Assembly: GCA_963843575.1 (NCBI GenBank) | Contig: CAWJKZ010000019.1 | Coordinates: forward strand, 64,001 to 128,000 | Length of the DNA: 64,000 nucleotides | Reading direction: 5' to 3' | DNA from: an uncultured Acidobacteriota bacterium | Lineage (GTDB): Bacteria > Acidobacteriota > UBA6911 | Notes under the pieces: generated by a model | The model's input: the letters and a program-made list of their open reading frames with translations, nothing else | Told to the model about the DNA's origin: nothing | Databases searched by the model: none | Part shown: positions 9,610 through 18,380 of the stretch, piece after piece | Position numbering within the stretch: the stretch's first letter is position 1 | How the letters are laid out: the number at the start of each line of letters is the position of its first letter | Translations under genes and position numbers: made by a program

Positions 9610-9966
9610 ATGGGACCCTTTGTGAAACACGTGTTCGTGTGCACGAGCGGGAGCGTTTGCCCCGTCGACACGGACTCCGTCTCGGTCCACGCCCGCCTGA
9701 AACAGCTCGTCAAAGCAGCGGGCTTGAGCGACACCATCCGGGTGAACCACTCCGGGTGCCTGGATCAGTGCGGTCACGGTCCGATGATCGCCGTCTACCC
9801 CGAGAACGTCTGGTACTGCCATGTGTCCGCGGACGACGCCGAGGAGATTTTTCGCGAGCACCTCGCGGGCGGGCGTCCCGTGGAGCGCCTGATATACCGG
9901 CCGCTGAAGCCGGGAGCCAACAAGCTCAGCCGGCCTGTCCCCGCCAAGACCGGAGCACCGGAATGA
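9610..9966 (+). CDS. Thioredoxin-like [2Fe-2S] ferredoxin
   Basis: HVFVCT..C, SGCLDQCGHGP..VYPENVWY, EHLAGGRPVERL; extended -10 tgctataat at 9543-9551. Confidence 0.9.
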   Translation: MGPFVKHVFVCTSGSVCPVDTDSVSVHARLKQLVKAAGLSDTIRVNHSGCLDQCGHGPMIAVYPENVWYCHVSADDAEEIFREHLAGGRPVERLIYRPLKPGANKLSRPVPAKTGAPE

Positions 9967-11051
9967 CGGAAGTCCAGAAGTCGCCCCTCAACGCGCTGTT
10001 GGCCTCGTCTCGCGGTGTGGCCACCCAGGAGTACTGGGGCTGGGAGATCGTCGCCGGATTCGGTGATCCCCGCGAGGAGTACGACGCGGTGGTCGGCTCT
10101 GCGGGGGTCCTGGATCTGTCGTATGCCGGCAAGCTGCGGATCACCGGGCGCGACCGGGTGCGCTACCTGCACAACATGCTGTCGAACGACGTCAGGAAAC
10201 TGAGTCCCGGAAACGGCTGCTACGCCGCGCTGCTGTCGCACCAGGGCCGGATGGAATCCGATGTGTTCGTCTACGCCGCCCAGGATGAACTCTGGCTCGA
10301 GTGCTCCCCCGCCGCCCGTCGGCGTCTTGTCGAAACGCTTGTCCGCTTTATCGTTTCCGACGATGTCGTGGTCGAGGACTGTACGGGGAAGATGGCGATC
10401 GTGTCCGTGCAGGGGCCGGGAGCAGCCGGGGTCGCTGGCAGGACCATGGGGGTCGACTTGTCCTCCCTTGGCCCACTCGATCACCGCAGCGTCGGCGAAG
10501 GCACGGGGGCGTCCTTCCTCGTGCGGCGCGATCGGACCGGTTGCGGCGGATTCGATGTCTGGACCGCACCCGAGGAAGCCGCGTCGCTGTGGCGGCGGTG
10601 GGTCGACCTCGAGCGCCTGCGGCCGGTAGGTCATCAGGCCCTCGACTGGTTGCGCACGGAGGCGGGGATCCCCTGGTTCGGAGTCGACATGGACGAGCGC
10701 CGGCTCCCGATGGAGATGGGTCTGACCTCCGCCCTGAGCTACTCGAAGGGCTGCTACCGGGGACAGGAGATCGTGGCGCGCGTGACGCACCGCGGCCACC
10801 TGGACCGTGGCTTCGGAGGCGTGGCGCTCGGCACCTCGGATCCCCCGCAGGCGGGCGCGGAGATCCACTCCGGGGACGCCAAGGTCGGCGAAGTCACCTC
10901 GGCCACCTTCTCCCCGGCTCTCGGCTCGGTGCTGGCCCTGGGCATTCTCAAGCTTGCGTTTCTAAGCCCGGGACAGCCTGTCGAGGTGATCGACGGCGAA
11001 ACCCCTATTCCCGGCCGCGTGGTCGAATTGCCCCTGCCCCGAAGCCGCTAA
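9963..11051 (+). CDS. YgfZ/GcvT family folate-binding protein
   Basis: YgfZ signature KGCYRGQE and GcvT-like N and C termini; ATG overlaps the ferredoxin stop (ATGA). Confidence 0.88.
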   Translation: MTEVQKSPLNALLASSRGVATQEYWGWEIVAGFGDPREEYDAVVGSAGVLDLSYAGKLRITGRDRVRYLHNMLSNDVRKLSPGNGCYAALLSHQGRMESDVFVYAAQDELWLECSPAARRRLVETLVRFIVSDDVVVEDCTGKMAIVSVQGPGAAGVAGRTMGVDLSSLGPLDHRSVGEGTGASFLVRRDRTGCGGFDVWTAPEEAASLWRRWVDLERLRPVGHQALDWLRTEAGIPWFGVDMDERRLPMEMGLTSALSYSKGCYRGQEIVARVTHRGHLDRGFGGVALGTSDPPQAGAEIHSGDAKVGEVTSATFSPALGSVLALGILKLAFLSPGQPVEVIDGETPIPGRVVELPLPRSR

Positions 11052-11097
11052 ACCGGAAACTAGAAAGCCGAAGCTGCACGGCTCCCAGCTGCGCTGT

Positions 11098-11940
11098 TCA
11101 ATTGCACGAGCCCACGATCCCGCGCAGCGTTTTGACGTGGGATTCGATATAAGTTGCGTCGTCGGGCGAGCTGCTGTGGGCCAGGTAGAACTCGAGGTCA
11201 GCCAGGGCTTTGGCGAACAGGCTCGTCTGCATGTAGAGCAGGCCGCGATCCCGGATCTCCGAGGGGATGCCCGGGTTCAGGATGAGGATCCGCTCGACGA
11301 CCGAAATGGCCTTCTGATAGTCGTCCTTCTGATAGTAGATCCCCTTGAGGTTGAACAGCATCCGCGTGATGATCGCCTTTTTGCTCATGGCCTGCAGATA
11401 CGTAGGTTGGACCGCGACCGTCCCACCGTATACGCGGTCGAGCAGCTCCTGGCACTGGTTGTGGGTAAGGACCCGGCCCTGGCTGAAGGGATCGATGAGG
11501 AGCTCCTGCTGCTCGTCGGTGTGCTTCACCAGAAAATGGCCGGGAAACCCGATGCCGTGTATCGGCAGCCCCAGTCGGCGGGCCACCTCGATGTAGATCA
11601 CGGAAAGGGATATCGGGATGCCCTTTTTCGTGTCCAGCACCTCGTTGAGAAAGCTGTTGCGCGGGTCGTAGTAGTTTTCGGTATTACCCCGAAGCCCTTC
11701 CTGGACGAAGAGGATCTCGTTCAAGGCCTCCAGCGTGTTCGCGGCACCGCGGTTCTGGCCAAGCAGCACTTCGCAGCGGGCGGCCATGGTATCGAGCCGG
11801 CGCAGATAACTGTCGATTTCGAGGTTCGGGTATTCCTCGAGCGCAATGGTGAGGGCCGCACGGTCCAGGGGGAAGACACTCTCGTCGTGCGCCGCCAACT
11901 CGGCGAAGGTGCCGCGAGCCCGGAGCGTGTCGCTTATCAC
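11098..11940 (-). CDS. SirB1 family protein (transglutaminase-like + TPR)
   Basis: YYDPRNSFLNEVL..GIPISLS, GFPGHFL, IDPF, RMLFNLK, RDRGLL; GTG overlaps the HAD stop. Confidence 0.9.
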   Translation of the reverse strand: MISDTLRARGTFAELAAHDESVFPLDRAALTIALEEYPNLEIDSYLRRLDTMAARCEVLLGQNRGAANTLEALNEILFVQEGLRGNTENYYDPRNSFLNEVLDTKKGIPISLSVIYIEVARRLGLPIHGIGFPGHFLVKHTDEQQELLIDPFSQGRVLTHNQCQELLDRVYGGTVAVQPTYLQAMSKKAIITRMLFNLKGIYYQKDDYQKAISVVERILILNPGIPSEIRDRGLLYMQTSLFAKALADLEFYLAHSSSPDDATYIESHVKTLRGIVGSCN

Positions 11941-12638
11941 GGAGTGTCCTTGAACAGGTCCTGGAGGCTTTCGAGGGTCAACCCCTCGAGCGAGGCGGCG
12001 ACACGGCTGGCCGCGGCCGCGGCCAGCTGCTCCCGTGCATATGTGTTGCTGATGGCGAGACACTCCATCCCTGCGGCACGCGCCCCACGGACGCCGCCCA
12101 GCGAATCCTCGATGACGAGGCACTCGCGGGCCTCGATCGGGCCGCCGTTTCCGTCGATGCTCCGGTTGAGCTGCTGAAGCGCCAGGAGGAAACTCTCAGG
12201 GTGGGGTTTCCCGAGGGTAAAATCCTGTGCGGCGACCACGATCCGGAAGCACCCCTTGAGCCCGGTGGCTTGGAGCGTGCTCTCGACCTCGTCGCGCCGC
12301 GCTCCGGACGCGATGGCCAGCGGATAGCGCGAGGCCGCGAGCCGGATGAACTCCGCAGCGCCGGGGAAGAGCGGATACTCGTTGCTCATCAGGGACTTGT
12401 AGGTCTGCACCTTCCCTACCAGCGCCGACTGTCGCTGCGCGGCGGTCAAGCGTACGCCATGGGTTGCGCATATCTCGTCGAGGCAGCGCTCATCGTCAAA
12501 GGGGAGGTAATTCGCCCAGTATTCCTCCGCCGACAGCTTGATCCCCAGGCCCGAGACCGTGTCGCGCATGGCCCGGAAGTGGATCGGCTCGTCGTTGAGG
12601 ATGACGCCGTTGAAGTCAAAAATAATCGCCTTTAGCAT
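11937..12638 (-). CDS. HAD family phosphatase (beta-PGM-like subfamily)
   Basis: FDFNGVI, ASG, KPHPE, IEDSLGGVRGARAAGM. Confidence 0.9.
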   Translation of the reverse strand: MLKAIIFDFNGVILNDEPIHFRAMRDTVSGLGIKLSAEEYWANYLPFDDERCLDEICATHGVRLTAAQRQSALVGKVQTYKSLMSNEYPLFPGAAEFIRLAASRYPLAIASGARRDEVESTLQATGLKGCFRIVVAAQDFTLGKPHPESFLLALQQLNRSIDGNGGPIEARECLVIEDSLGGVRGARAAGMECLAISNTYAREQLAAAAASRVAASLEGLTLESLQDLFKDTP

Positions 12639-12661
12639 CCCAGTACTTATAACATAAAAGA

Positions 12662-12688
12662 GGAAGCCGGAAGCCGGAAGCCGGAAGA
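12662..12688. repeat. (GGAAGCC)n heptamer tandem repeat
   Basis: ggaagccggaagccggaagccggaag; same unit at 13326-13373, 38153-38194 and 39355-39510. Confidence 0.8.
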
Positions 12689-12725
12689 GGCGCTTCGCTT
12701 GAAAGAGGAATGGGTTCGGGTTTCA

Positions 12726-12915
12726 GAGGCTGTCCAACGGTTGACGTTCAATCCGGACGAACTGAGGTAATCTGGAGTGCGTCGCCTCGGCGCCACGCCG
12801 AATTGCGAGATGCGACCCTGCGATCTCGGCCTTTGGTGGCGCCGAGGCGCCGCCACCAAAGCGGCGTCGAGCCCGTCGAGCTGCCGCACTCCACAATCAG
12901 CCGTTGGACAGCCTC
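12726..12915. mobile_element. MITE-like element (19-bp TIRs) inserted in a REP loop
   Basis: Left TIR gaggctgtccaacggttga (12726-12744) and right tcagccgttggacagcctc (12897-12915), 18/19 match; flanked by ttca/ttcg; contains a GGAGTGCG REP pair. Confidence 0.65.
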
Positions 12916-12943
12916 TTCGGCCCGGAACACCTGGAAGGGTGCG

Positions 12944-13321
12944 ATGGCGCATGTAGAACCGAGCCGTGTGGTGGTTGCGGCAGTGGACGATCTGTTTTTT
13001 TCCACCAAAATCGAGTCCGCCGCCGCCGGGCTCGGGATCCGACTGATCGAGGCGCGGGACGCCCTGCAGCTGGAGGCGGCTCTGGCCGAGACCACGCCCG
13101 ATCTGGTGATCCTCGATCTGAACAGCCGGACATGCGAGCCACTTCAGGCTATCCGGCGTATCCGGGCGGAGCCTCGCTTCCGCGCGACGCGGCTGCTGGG
13201 CTTTCTCTCCCACGTCCAGAAGAAGTTGCACCAGGAGGCATTGGCCGCCGGCTGCGATGCGGTCGTCCCGCGCTCGCGCTTCTCCGCCGACCTGATTGGG
13301 ATTCTGCAAAGCGGAAGGTAG
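12944..13321 (+). CDS. Single-domain response regulator receiver (atypical)
   Basis: AVDD, PDLVILDL, AGCDAVV; the usual Lys-Pro position reads PRS. Confidence 0.8.
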   Translation: MAHVEPSRVVVAAVDDLFFSTKIESAAAGLGIRLIEARDALQLEAALAETTPDLVILDLNSRTCEPLQAIRRIRAEPRFRATRLLGFLSHVQKKLHQEALAAGCDAVVPRSRFSADLIGILQSGR

Positions 13322-13325
13322 AGAC

Positions 13326-13373
13326 GGAAGCCGGAAGCCAGGAACATTAGCCTGGCTCCCGGCTTCCGGCTTC
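13326..13373. terminator. Heptamer-derived hairpin between convergent genes
   Basis: ggaagccggaagccagg / cctggctcccggcttcc inverted repeat. Confidence 0.55.
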
Positions 13374-13379
13374 TGTCCC

Positions 13380-14294
13380 TCACTGCAAATCGATGGTGAG
13401 CGGATGTTGCAGGCGGAACTCCAGGATGGTTTCGGCCGGCACCTTGAGGGTCTGACCTTTGCTGAGCACCTGGACTCCGGTGCCGACCGCGGCACCCGTC
13501 GCCGCACCCACGGCTGCGCCCTTGCCTCCGCCGGCGATGGCGCCGATGATGGCGCCGAGGGCGGCACCCCCTCCCACGGTACCGGCAGTCCGCCTCGACC
13601 TCGAGGCGCCCACCTCAACGTGGTCCGACGTCCGGATCGGGTACGTCCTGCCGTTCAGCTTCAACTCGGTGAGTTCGAGGATCAGTTCGGATTGTCCCGT
13701 CAGCTTGCCGGACTCCTTGGCGTACGCGATGGAGCCCTTCACCGGCGTACCCGCTGGTGCTACGGTCCGGCCGTCAACCGTCAGAGGCTCTTCCAGGGTG
13801 GCATCGAACGCATCCCCGACCCGGTTCCTGTCGGTGTCGATCAATTCCGAGGTCCTGATGGTTACCGGGGTGTCTTCCGGGAGGGTCACGGAAGGTCCAC
13901 TCTGCTGCGGCGGGACTTCTCGGGCGCGTTGTTCGCTGACCGCCTCCCGCACCGGGCTTGGCTGCGGGGTCGTCGGTTGCGGTTGGGGGGCCGGCGCGGC
14001 CGCGGGGGCCTCCGCCGGCGCCGGCGCGGCGGTGGACGCCGCTGCGGGTGCCGCCACGGTGGTGCCGCTGGGCGGAGTCACCAGTTCAGGTTCTTTAAAG
14101 ATAATCTGGGACACTTCGGAGGTCTTGAACGTCTCGACCCTGCCCAGCACCCGGAACTCGATGACGCCGTTTTCGGCACGAACGAGCTTGCCGGAATATT
14201 CTTGCCCATTCTTGAGGATCAACTGGTCGGCCAACGCCCCGGTCGCGATCGCGAGCGTGGCAAGCACTGCCAGAACCATAAGCCTGGATTTCAT
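13380..14294 (-). CDS. Secreted hypothetical protein, Pro/Ala linker, TrbI/VirB10-like beta domain and glycine zipper
   Basis: Signal peptide (ALA-D), VTLPEDT..GDAFDATLEEPL..PAGTPVKG, GGGAALGAIIGAIAGGGKGAAVG. Confidence 0.8.
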   Translation of the reverse strand: MKSRLMVLAVLATLAIATGALADQLILKNGQEYSGKLVRAENGVIEFRVLGRVETFKTSEVSQIIFKEPELVTPPSGTTVAAPAAASTAAPAPAEAPAAAPAPQPQPTTPQPSPVREAVSEQRAREVPPQQSGPSVTLPEDTPVTIRTSELIDTDRNRVGDAFDATLEEPLTVDGRTVAPAGTPVKGSIAYAKESGKLTGQSELILELTELKLNGRTYPIRTSDHVEVGASRSRRTAGTVGGGAALGAIIGAIAGGGKGAAVGAATGAAVGTGVQVLSKGQTLKVPAETILEFRLQHPLTIDLQ

Positions 14295-14354
14295 TATTAG
14301 TCCCCCCTGGATTATCGGCAGACCGGCAGATTACCGCCTGGGTCCCCCTCCGAA

Positions 14355-14383
14355 TTGGATGCCGAAGGCCTTGGTGTGGTTCA
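14355..14383 (-). promoter_or_regulatory. Putative ECF-sigma promoter
   Basis: Minus strand TGAACC-N16-CATCCAA, 60 nt upstream of the start at 14294. Confidence 0.5.
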
Positions 14384-14456
14384 AATCCGGGGGCCGTGTG
14401 GCATCGCGGTGTGCGGCGCAGGAACGCAGTAATGATAGAACCGGGGCCGCACGCAA

Positions 14457-15680
14457 TCAAGCGCCCGGGGCGCTCCGGTCAGGCCCCGCCCCCGCGACGC
14501 CGTGGCTCGTGACGCGATTGCGCAGGTTGACGAGGCTGAGCAGGAAGGCCACGGTCATGACAAGCCCGGCCGAAAGGAAAGGCCAGCGGTAGCCGAAGGC
14601 GTCGAACGTGTAGCCGCCCCACAGGGGCCCGAGGATGCGACCGAGGCTGGACATCGACTGCGCGATTCCCATGATGCCCCCCTGCTCGTCGGCATGGCTG
14701 GAGCGCGACAGGAGTCCCGCTATCGACGGGTTGTTAATCCCGGTTCCGAAGGAGAGCAGGGCCAGCAACGCGCAGTACGTCGTGGTGTCCGGTGCAAACG
14801 GCAGGAGCGCAAGCCCGAAGATCATGGTGAACGTCCCGATGGTGATGCAGAGCCTTTCCCCGAAACGCCGGACGAGCCTGCCGACTGCGACTCCCTGGAC
14901 GAGGCTCATCATGACTCCGATGAACGCAAACAGGTACCCGGTCTGCCGCGCGGAGAACCCGTATCGGTGTTCGTTGAGGAGCCCGAACGTCGATTCCATG
15001 TTGGCAAATGCGAAGGTCACCACGAAATAAAGGAGGAGCAGCAGGCCGACGTGGGGGTGGGTCAGGGCGCCGATCAAGGAGCGGGCGCTCATCGTGCGTT
15101 TCAGCGCGCCCGTGCGGTTCTCGGGGGGCAGCGATTCCGGGAGCCGGAACCAGGCGAACAGCAGGTTCAATCCCGCCATGACGGAGGCGAGCAGGGCAGG
15201 CTTGTCGTACCCGTAGGGGGCCAGCAGCCCGCCGATTGCCGGACCCAGGATGAATCCCAAGCCGAACGCCGCCCCGATCAGTCCCATGCCCCGAGCCCGG
15301 TTTTCGGGGGGCGTCACGTCGGCGATATAGGCGCTCGTGGTCGGGATGATCGCTCCGGCGATCCCGGCGACCATGCGCCCGGCAAACAGGAAAGGCAGGC
15401 TGCGTGCCGTGCCGAAAATCAGGAAGCCTACGCACGACCCGGCCAGGCTCAGCATGATGAGAGGGCGCCGGCCAAACCGGTCCGACAGGCGTCCCCAGAC
15501 GGGCGTGAACAGGAACTGCATCAGGGAATAGCTCGTCGAGAGCAGCCCGATAGCCAGCGACGATGCCCCGTAGGTCTCCGCGTAGTAAGGCAGCAGCGGC
15601 AGGACGATGCCGAACCCGACGAGATCGATGAAGACCGTCAGGAAAACGATGACCAGCGGGGAACGTTTCGTTCGGCTCAT
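14457..15680 (-). CDS. MFS transporter, TetA/DHA1-like
   Basis: DLVGFGIVLPLLP, GRLSDRFGRRP (motif A), GLGFILGPAIGG (antiporter motif C). Confidence 0.92.
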   Translation of the reverse strand: MSRTKRSPLVIVFLTVFIDLVGFGIVLPLLPYYAETYGASSLAIGLLSTSYSLMQFLFTPVWGRLSDRFGRRPLIMLSLAGSCVGFLIFGTARSLPFLFAGRMVAGIAGAIIPTTSAYIADVTPPENRARGMGLIGAAFGLGFILGPAIGGLLAPYGYDKPALLASVMAGLNLLFAWFRLPESLPPENRTGALKRTMSARSLIGALTHPHVGLLLLLYFVVTFAFANMESTFGLLNEHRYGFSARQTGYLFAFIGVMMSLVQGVAVGRLVRRFGERLCITIGTFTMIFGLALLPFAPDTTTYCALLALLSFGTGINNPSIAGLLSRSSHADEQGGIMGIAQSMSSLGRILGPLWGGYTFDAFGYRWPFLSAGLVMTVAFLLSLVNLRNRVTSHGVAGAGPDRSAPGA

Positions 15681-15791
15681 ACCTCACGCCTGCACTTCAT
15701 TGGCATTTCACGGGACGCGCGCACACGAAGAACTCGCCTCGAAGCCTCAAGGACTCAAAGAATCTCGCAGGGCTTCCTCGCTGATTTGGGT

Positions 15792-16541
15792 TCACCGGAT
15801 GCCGAGGGCGGACTGGATCACCGGTTCGTGGGGGTAACCGTGCGCCAGATACTGCCGCAGCCCTTCGGCGTAAGCCACCCCCGATTCCGGGCCGTAGCGC
15901 GCCGCCCAGGAAGTCACCCGGTTCAGGTACTCGTCGACCCCGTGGTGGTGCCGCAGCCAGTCGCGCTGCGAGCGGTGCATGGCCAGCATGCGCCGCTTGT
16001 CGTCCATCGTGCCGCTGATGTCGACGTAGAACTGCGGGATGACGCGCTGGCCCGACGCGTCGATCCCCTCGACCGGGTCGGCATAGTACAGGGCCGGGGT
16101 GGCGCGGGTAATCGGGGCCGGGTCGGCGCGGAGGGTGTCAAAGAGCGGTACCGCGATGGCGAAAGTGGCGCCCCGGACGAGGCGGGAGGCCTCCTCGTGG
16201 TCGAGCATGTAATCGGCTGGGGAGTGCGCGATGACGACGTCCGGGGCGAACGCCCGCATCACCTCGACGACGCTGCGGAGGTTCTCGATGTTGGCGAACA
16301 CCTCGAGATCCTTCAAGCCGGCGCAGCGATAGGTTGCGCCGAGCAGCGTCGCCGCGGCCTCCGCCTCGGCTAGGCGTATCCGCGCGATCCCCTCGCGGGT
16401 TTCGGTGGACGACCCGCAGTCGCCCGGCGTCATGGTGGCGATGCCGACAGTCCATCCTGCGGCTTTGAGACGGAAGAGCGTTCCGCCGATCAGGATCTCG
16501 GCGTCGTCCGGGTGAGACATGAAAGCGAGTACTCGGGTCAC
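15792..16541 (-). CDS. PIG-L/LmbE family deacetylase
   Basis: [36 protein letters not shown]; GTG start overlaps the upstream kinase stop. Confidence 0.88.
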   Translation of the reverse strand: MTRVLAFMSHPDDAEILIGGTLFRLKAAGWTVGIATMTPGDCGSSTETREGIARIRLAEAEAAATLLGATYRCAGLKDLEVFANIENLRSVVEVMRAFAPDVVIAHSPADYMLDHEEASRLVRGATFAIAVPLFDTLRADPAPITRATPALYYADPVEGIDASGQRVIPQFYVDISGTMDDKRRMLAMHRSQRDWLRHHHGVDEYLNRVTSWAARYGPESGVAYAEGLRQYLAHGYPHEPVIQSALGIR

Positions 16542-17762
16542 GTTGTCCTCTTTTTCTCGTGTGTGATGAGTCCGCCGGTGTCCGGCTGCCGCGCGATATC
16601 CGCAGCGCTGCGCCAGATCCCCGAGAACGTGGGTTCCCACGCGGGCGCGGCTAGTGGGATCGCCTTGCGGGGCCAGCCCGAGGCGATGCGCCGCCGGGTT
16701 TCGTCCCACGTGCGCAAACCGCTGAGCGCGTCGGGGGCCTCGACGTTGCAGCCACCGACCGCGCAGGCGAACGTAAGGCAGTCCTCGGGCGTGCCGCCGC
16801 GCAGCAGCGCCGCGAGGAAGCCCGCGATGGTGGCATCGCCGGCCCCGGTGGTGCCCGCGACCTGGGTTTCGAAGCAAGGGGACCAGAGTTCGCGTCCCTC
16901 CCACGCACCGGACTGCGCGGGGCGAGCGCGTCCGAAGTCCGCCCAGGCCGCGGCCCCGGCCGTCGCCAGGTAGAATCCGTAGGGTCCCGAGCTTCAGGCC
17001 GACCACGGCGGGACCCATCTCGAGCAGGTGCGCTCCTATATCCTGCACGAGCGCCGGATCCGGAGCGGCCGCGAGGGCCCCGGCGGCCGCCGCGCGCCGG
17101 AAAATTTCCGGGTAGAGGGTGAATAGCGTCTCCTCGAAGCTCGGCAGAAAGATGTCGACGCGGGGAAGGGTCGCGGACAGTACCGCGGGCCAGTCGATCC
17201 GCCCCGAAAAGGAGTTCGGGTCGGGCATGCTCATGTCGAGTGACGTCGTGGCGCCGGCGGCCTTCGCCCGCTCGAACACCGCGCGCAGCTCGGCGCCCCC
17301 TCCGTCGATCACGCTGCGCAGCAGCGGCGGGTAGCCGAAATGAAACAGTCGCGCGCGCGCGACCATGGAGTAGTCGATGTCCGCCGAAACGAAGGTGTCG
17401 TTGCATCCGGGGCAGTGGAGAAACATCCGGTCCGTGCCGCGGGGGCTGACGATCAGGCTGTAGGACGTGGTCTCCCCGGCGACCTCGATCATCCCCTCCG
17501 TCAGTTCCGGGCCGCGTGCGGCCACGATGTCTCGGACGATCCGGCCAAAGGCGTCCCGCCCGACCTTCCCCATGAGCCGGGTCGATATCCCGAGCTTGTG
17601 CAGTGCGAGGCCGGTGTTGGACACCGGCCCGCCCGTGCTCAAAACCGCCGGCCCGATTTCAAGCAGGCGCCCGGGCGTGAAGGCGAGCCGCTCCTCCTCG
17701 ATGCTCGGGATGATGTCGAGGCAAAGGTGCCCCGCCACAACCACATCGACCCTTTCGGTCAT
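16538..17762 (-). CDS. PfkB family carbohydrate kinase (one frameshift near 16983)
   Basis: [17 protein letters not shown]; after the shift ..[14 protein letters not shown].. continues to a TGA at 16538. Confidence 0.85.
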
Positions 17763-17780
17763 CTCCAACCCCCGTTCCGG

Positions 17781-18227
17781 TCACACGACCGTCGTGCCGG
17801 TCCCCGGGATGAATGACAGCAGCCTGTCGATGCCCGCCTGCGCCACATCCCGGTCCTGCTCCGGCGAACCCGAACTGCAGCCGACACCGCCGGCGATCAG
17901 GCCGTCGACAAAAACCGGCAGCCCCCCGCCGACAATCATGAACCTCCCCTGGTTGGAGGTGTGGATGCCGAACGCGGGTCCCCCGGCCCCCGCCACCGCG
18001 GCATACTCGTGCGTCGCCCGGCGCGCGCAGGCCGCCGTAAAGGCCTTGTTGATGGCGACATCGATGCTCGTCAGCCGCGCCCGGTCCATGCGGATGAACG
18101 CCAGAAGATGTCCGCCGTCGTCCACCACCGCGATGTCCATGTCGACGCCGATCTCCTTCGCCCTGGCCTCGGACCCTTCTAGAACCAGCCGGGCATCGGC
18201 CAGGGTTAGCCTGGGTGCCATGATCAT
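17781..18227 (-). CDS. GlcG/HbpS family heme-binding protein
   Basis: IAVVDDGGHLLAFIRMD, AINKAFTA, GGGLPV..GGVGCS..QD. Confidence 0.88.
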   Translation of the reverse strand: MIMAPRLTLADARLVLEGSEARAKEIGVDMDIAVVDDGGHLLAFIRMDRARLTSIDVAINKAFTAACARRATHEYAAVAGAGGPAFGIHTSNQGRFMIVGGGLPVFVDGLIAGGVGCSSGSPEQDRDVAQAGIDRLLSFIPGTGTTVV

Positions 18228-18380
18228 GTGCCGCCTCCATTTGAGTAAAGTGCGTGGCTCTCCGGCAGCCGAATCCGGAATCCGCCTGCCCGCTCGTCCC
18301 GGAGGGGCGGAACGAGCCGACGGGATGATATCATGCATGCGGGCGGGGGAAAGAGCTCAACGAATGAAGGGGGAGGAGGG

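Noticed and set aside
9489-9962. Long N-terminal extensions on the YgfZ-like gene (also hppA from 46948, SBP from 49410, sodC from 34588)
   Set aside because: They overlap real upstream genes or non-coding DNA; better starts with RBS lie downstream.
14399-14414. Sigma54-like tggcatcgcggtgtgc on the plus strand
   Set aside because: GG-GC spacing is 11 rather than 10, and it points into the 3' end of a convergent gene.
15792-17768. 658-aa ORF suggesting a PfkB-PIG-L fusion protein
   Set aside because: A frameshift near 16983 creates it. The true kinase C-terminus (GAGD motif) is in another frame and ends in a TGA overlapping the deacetylase GTG.
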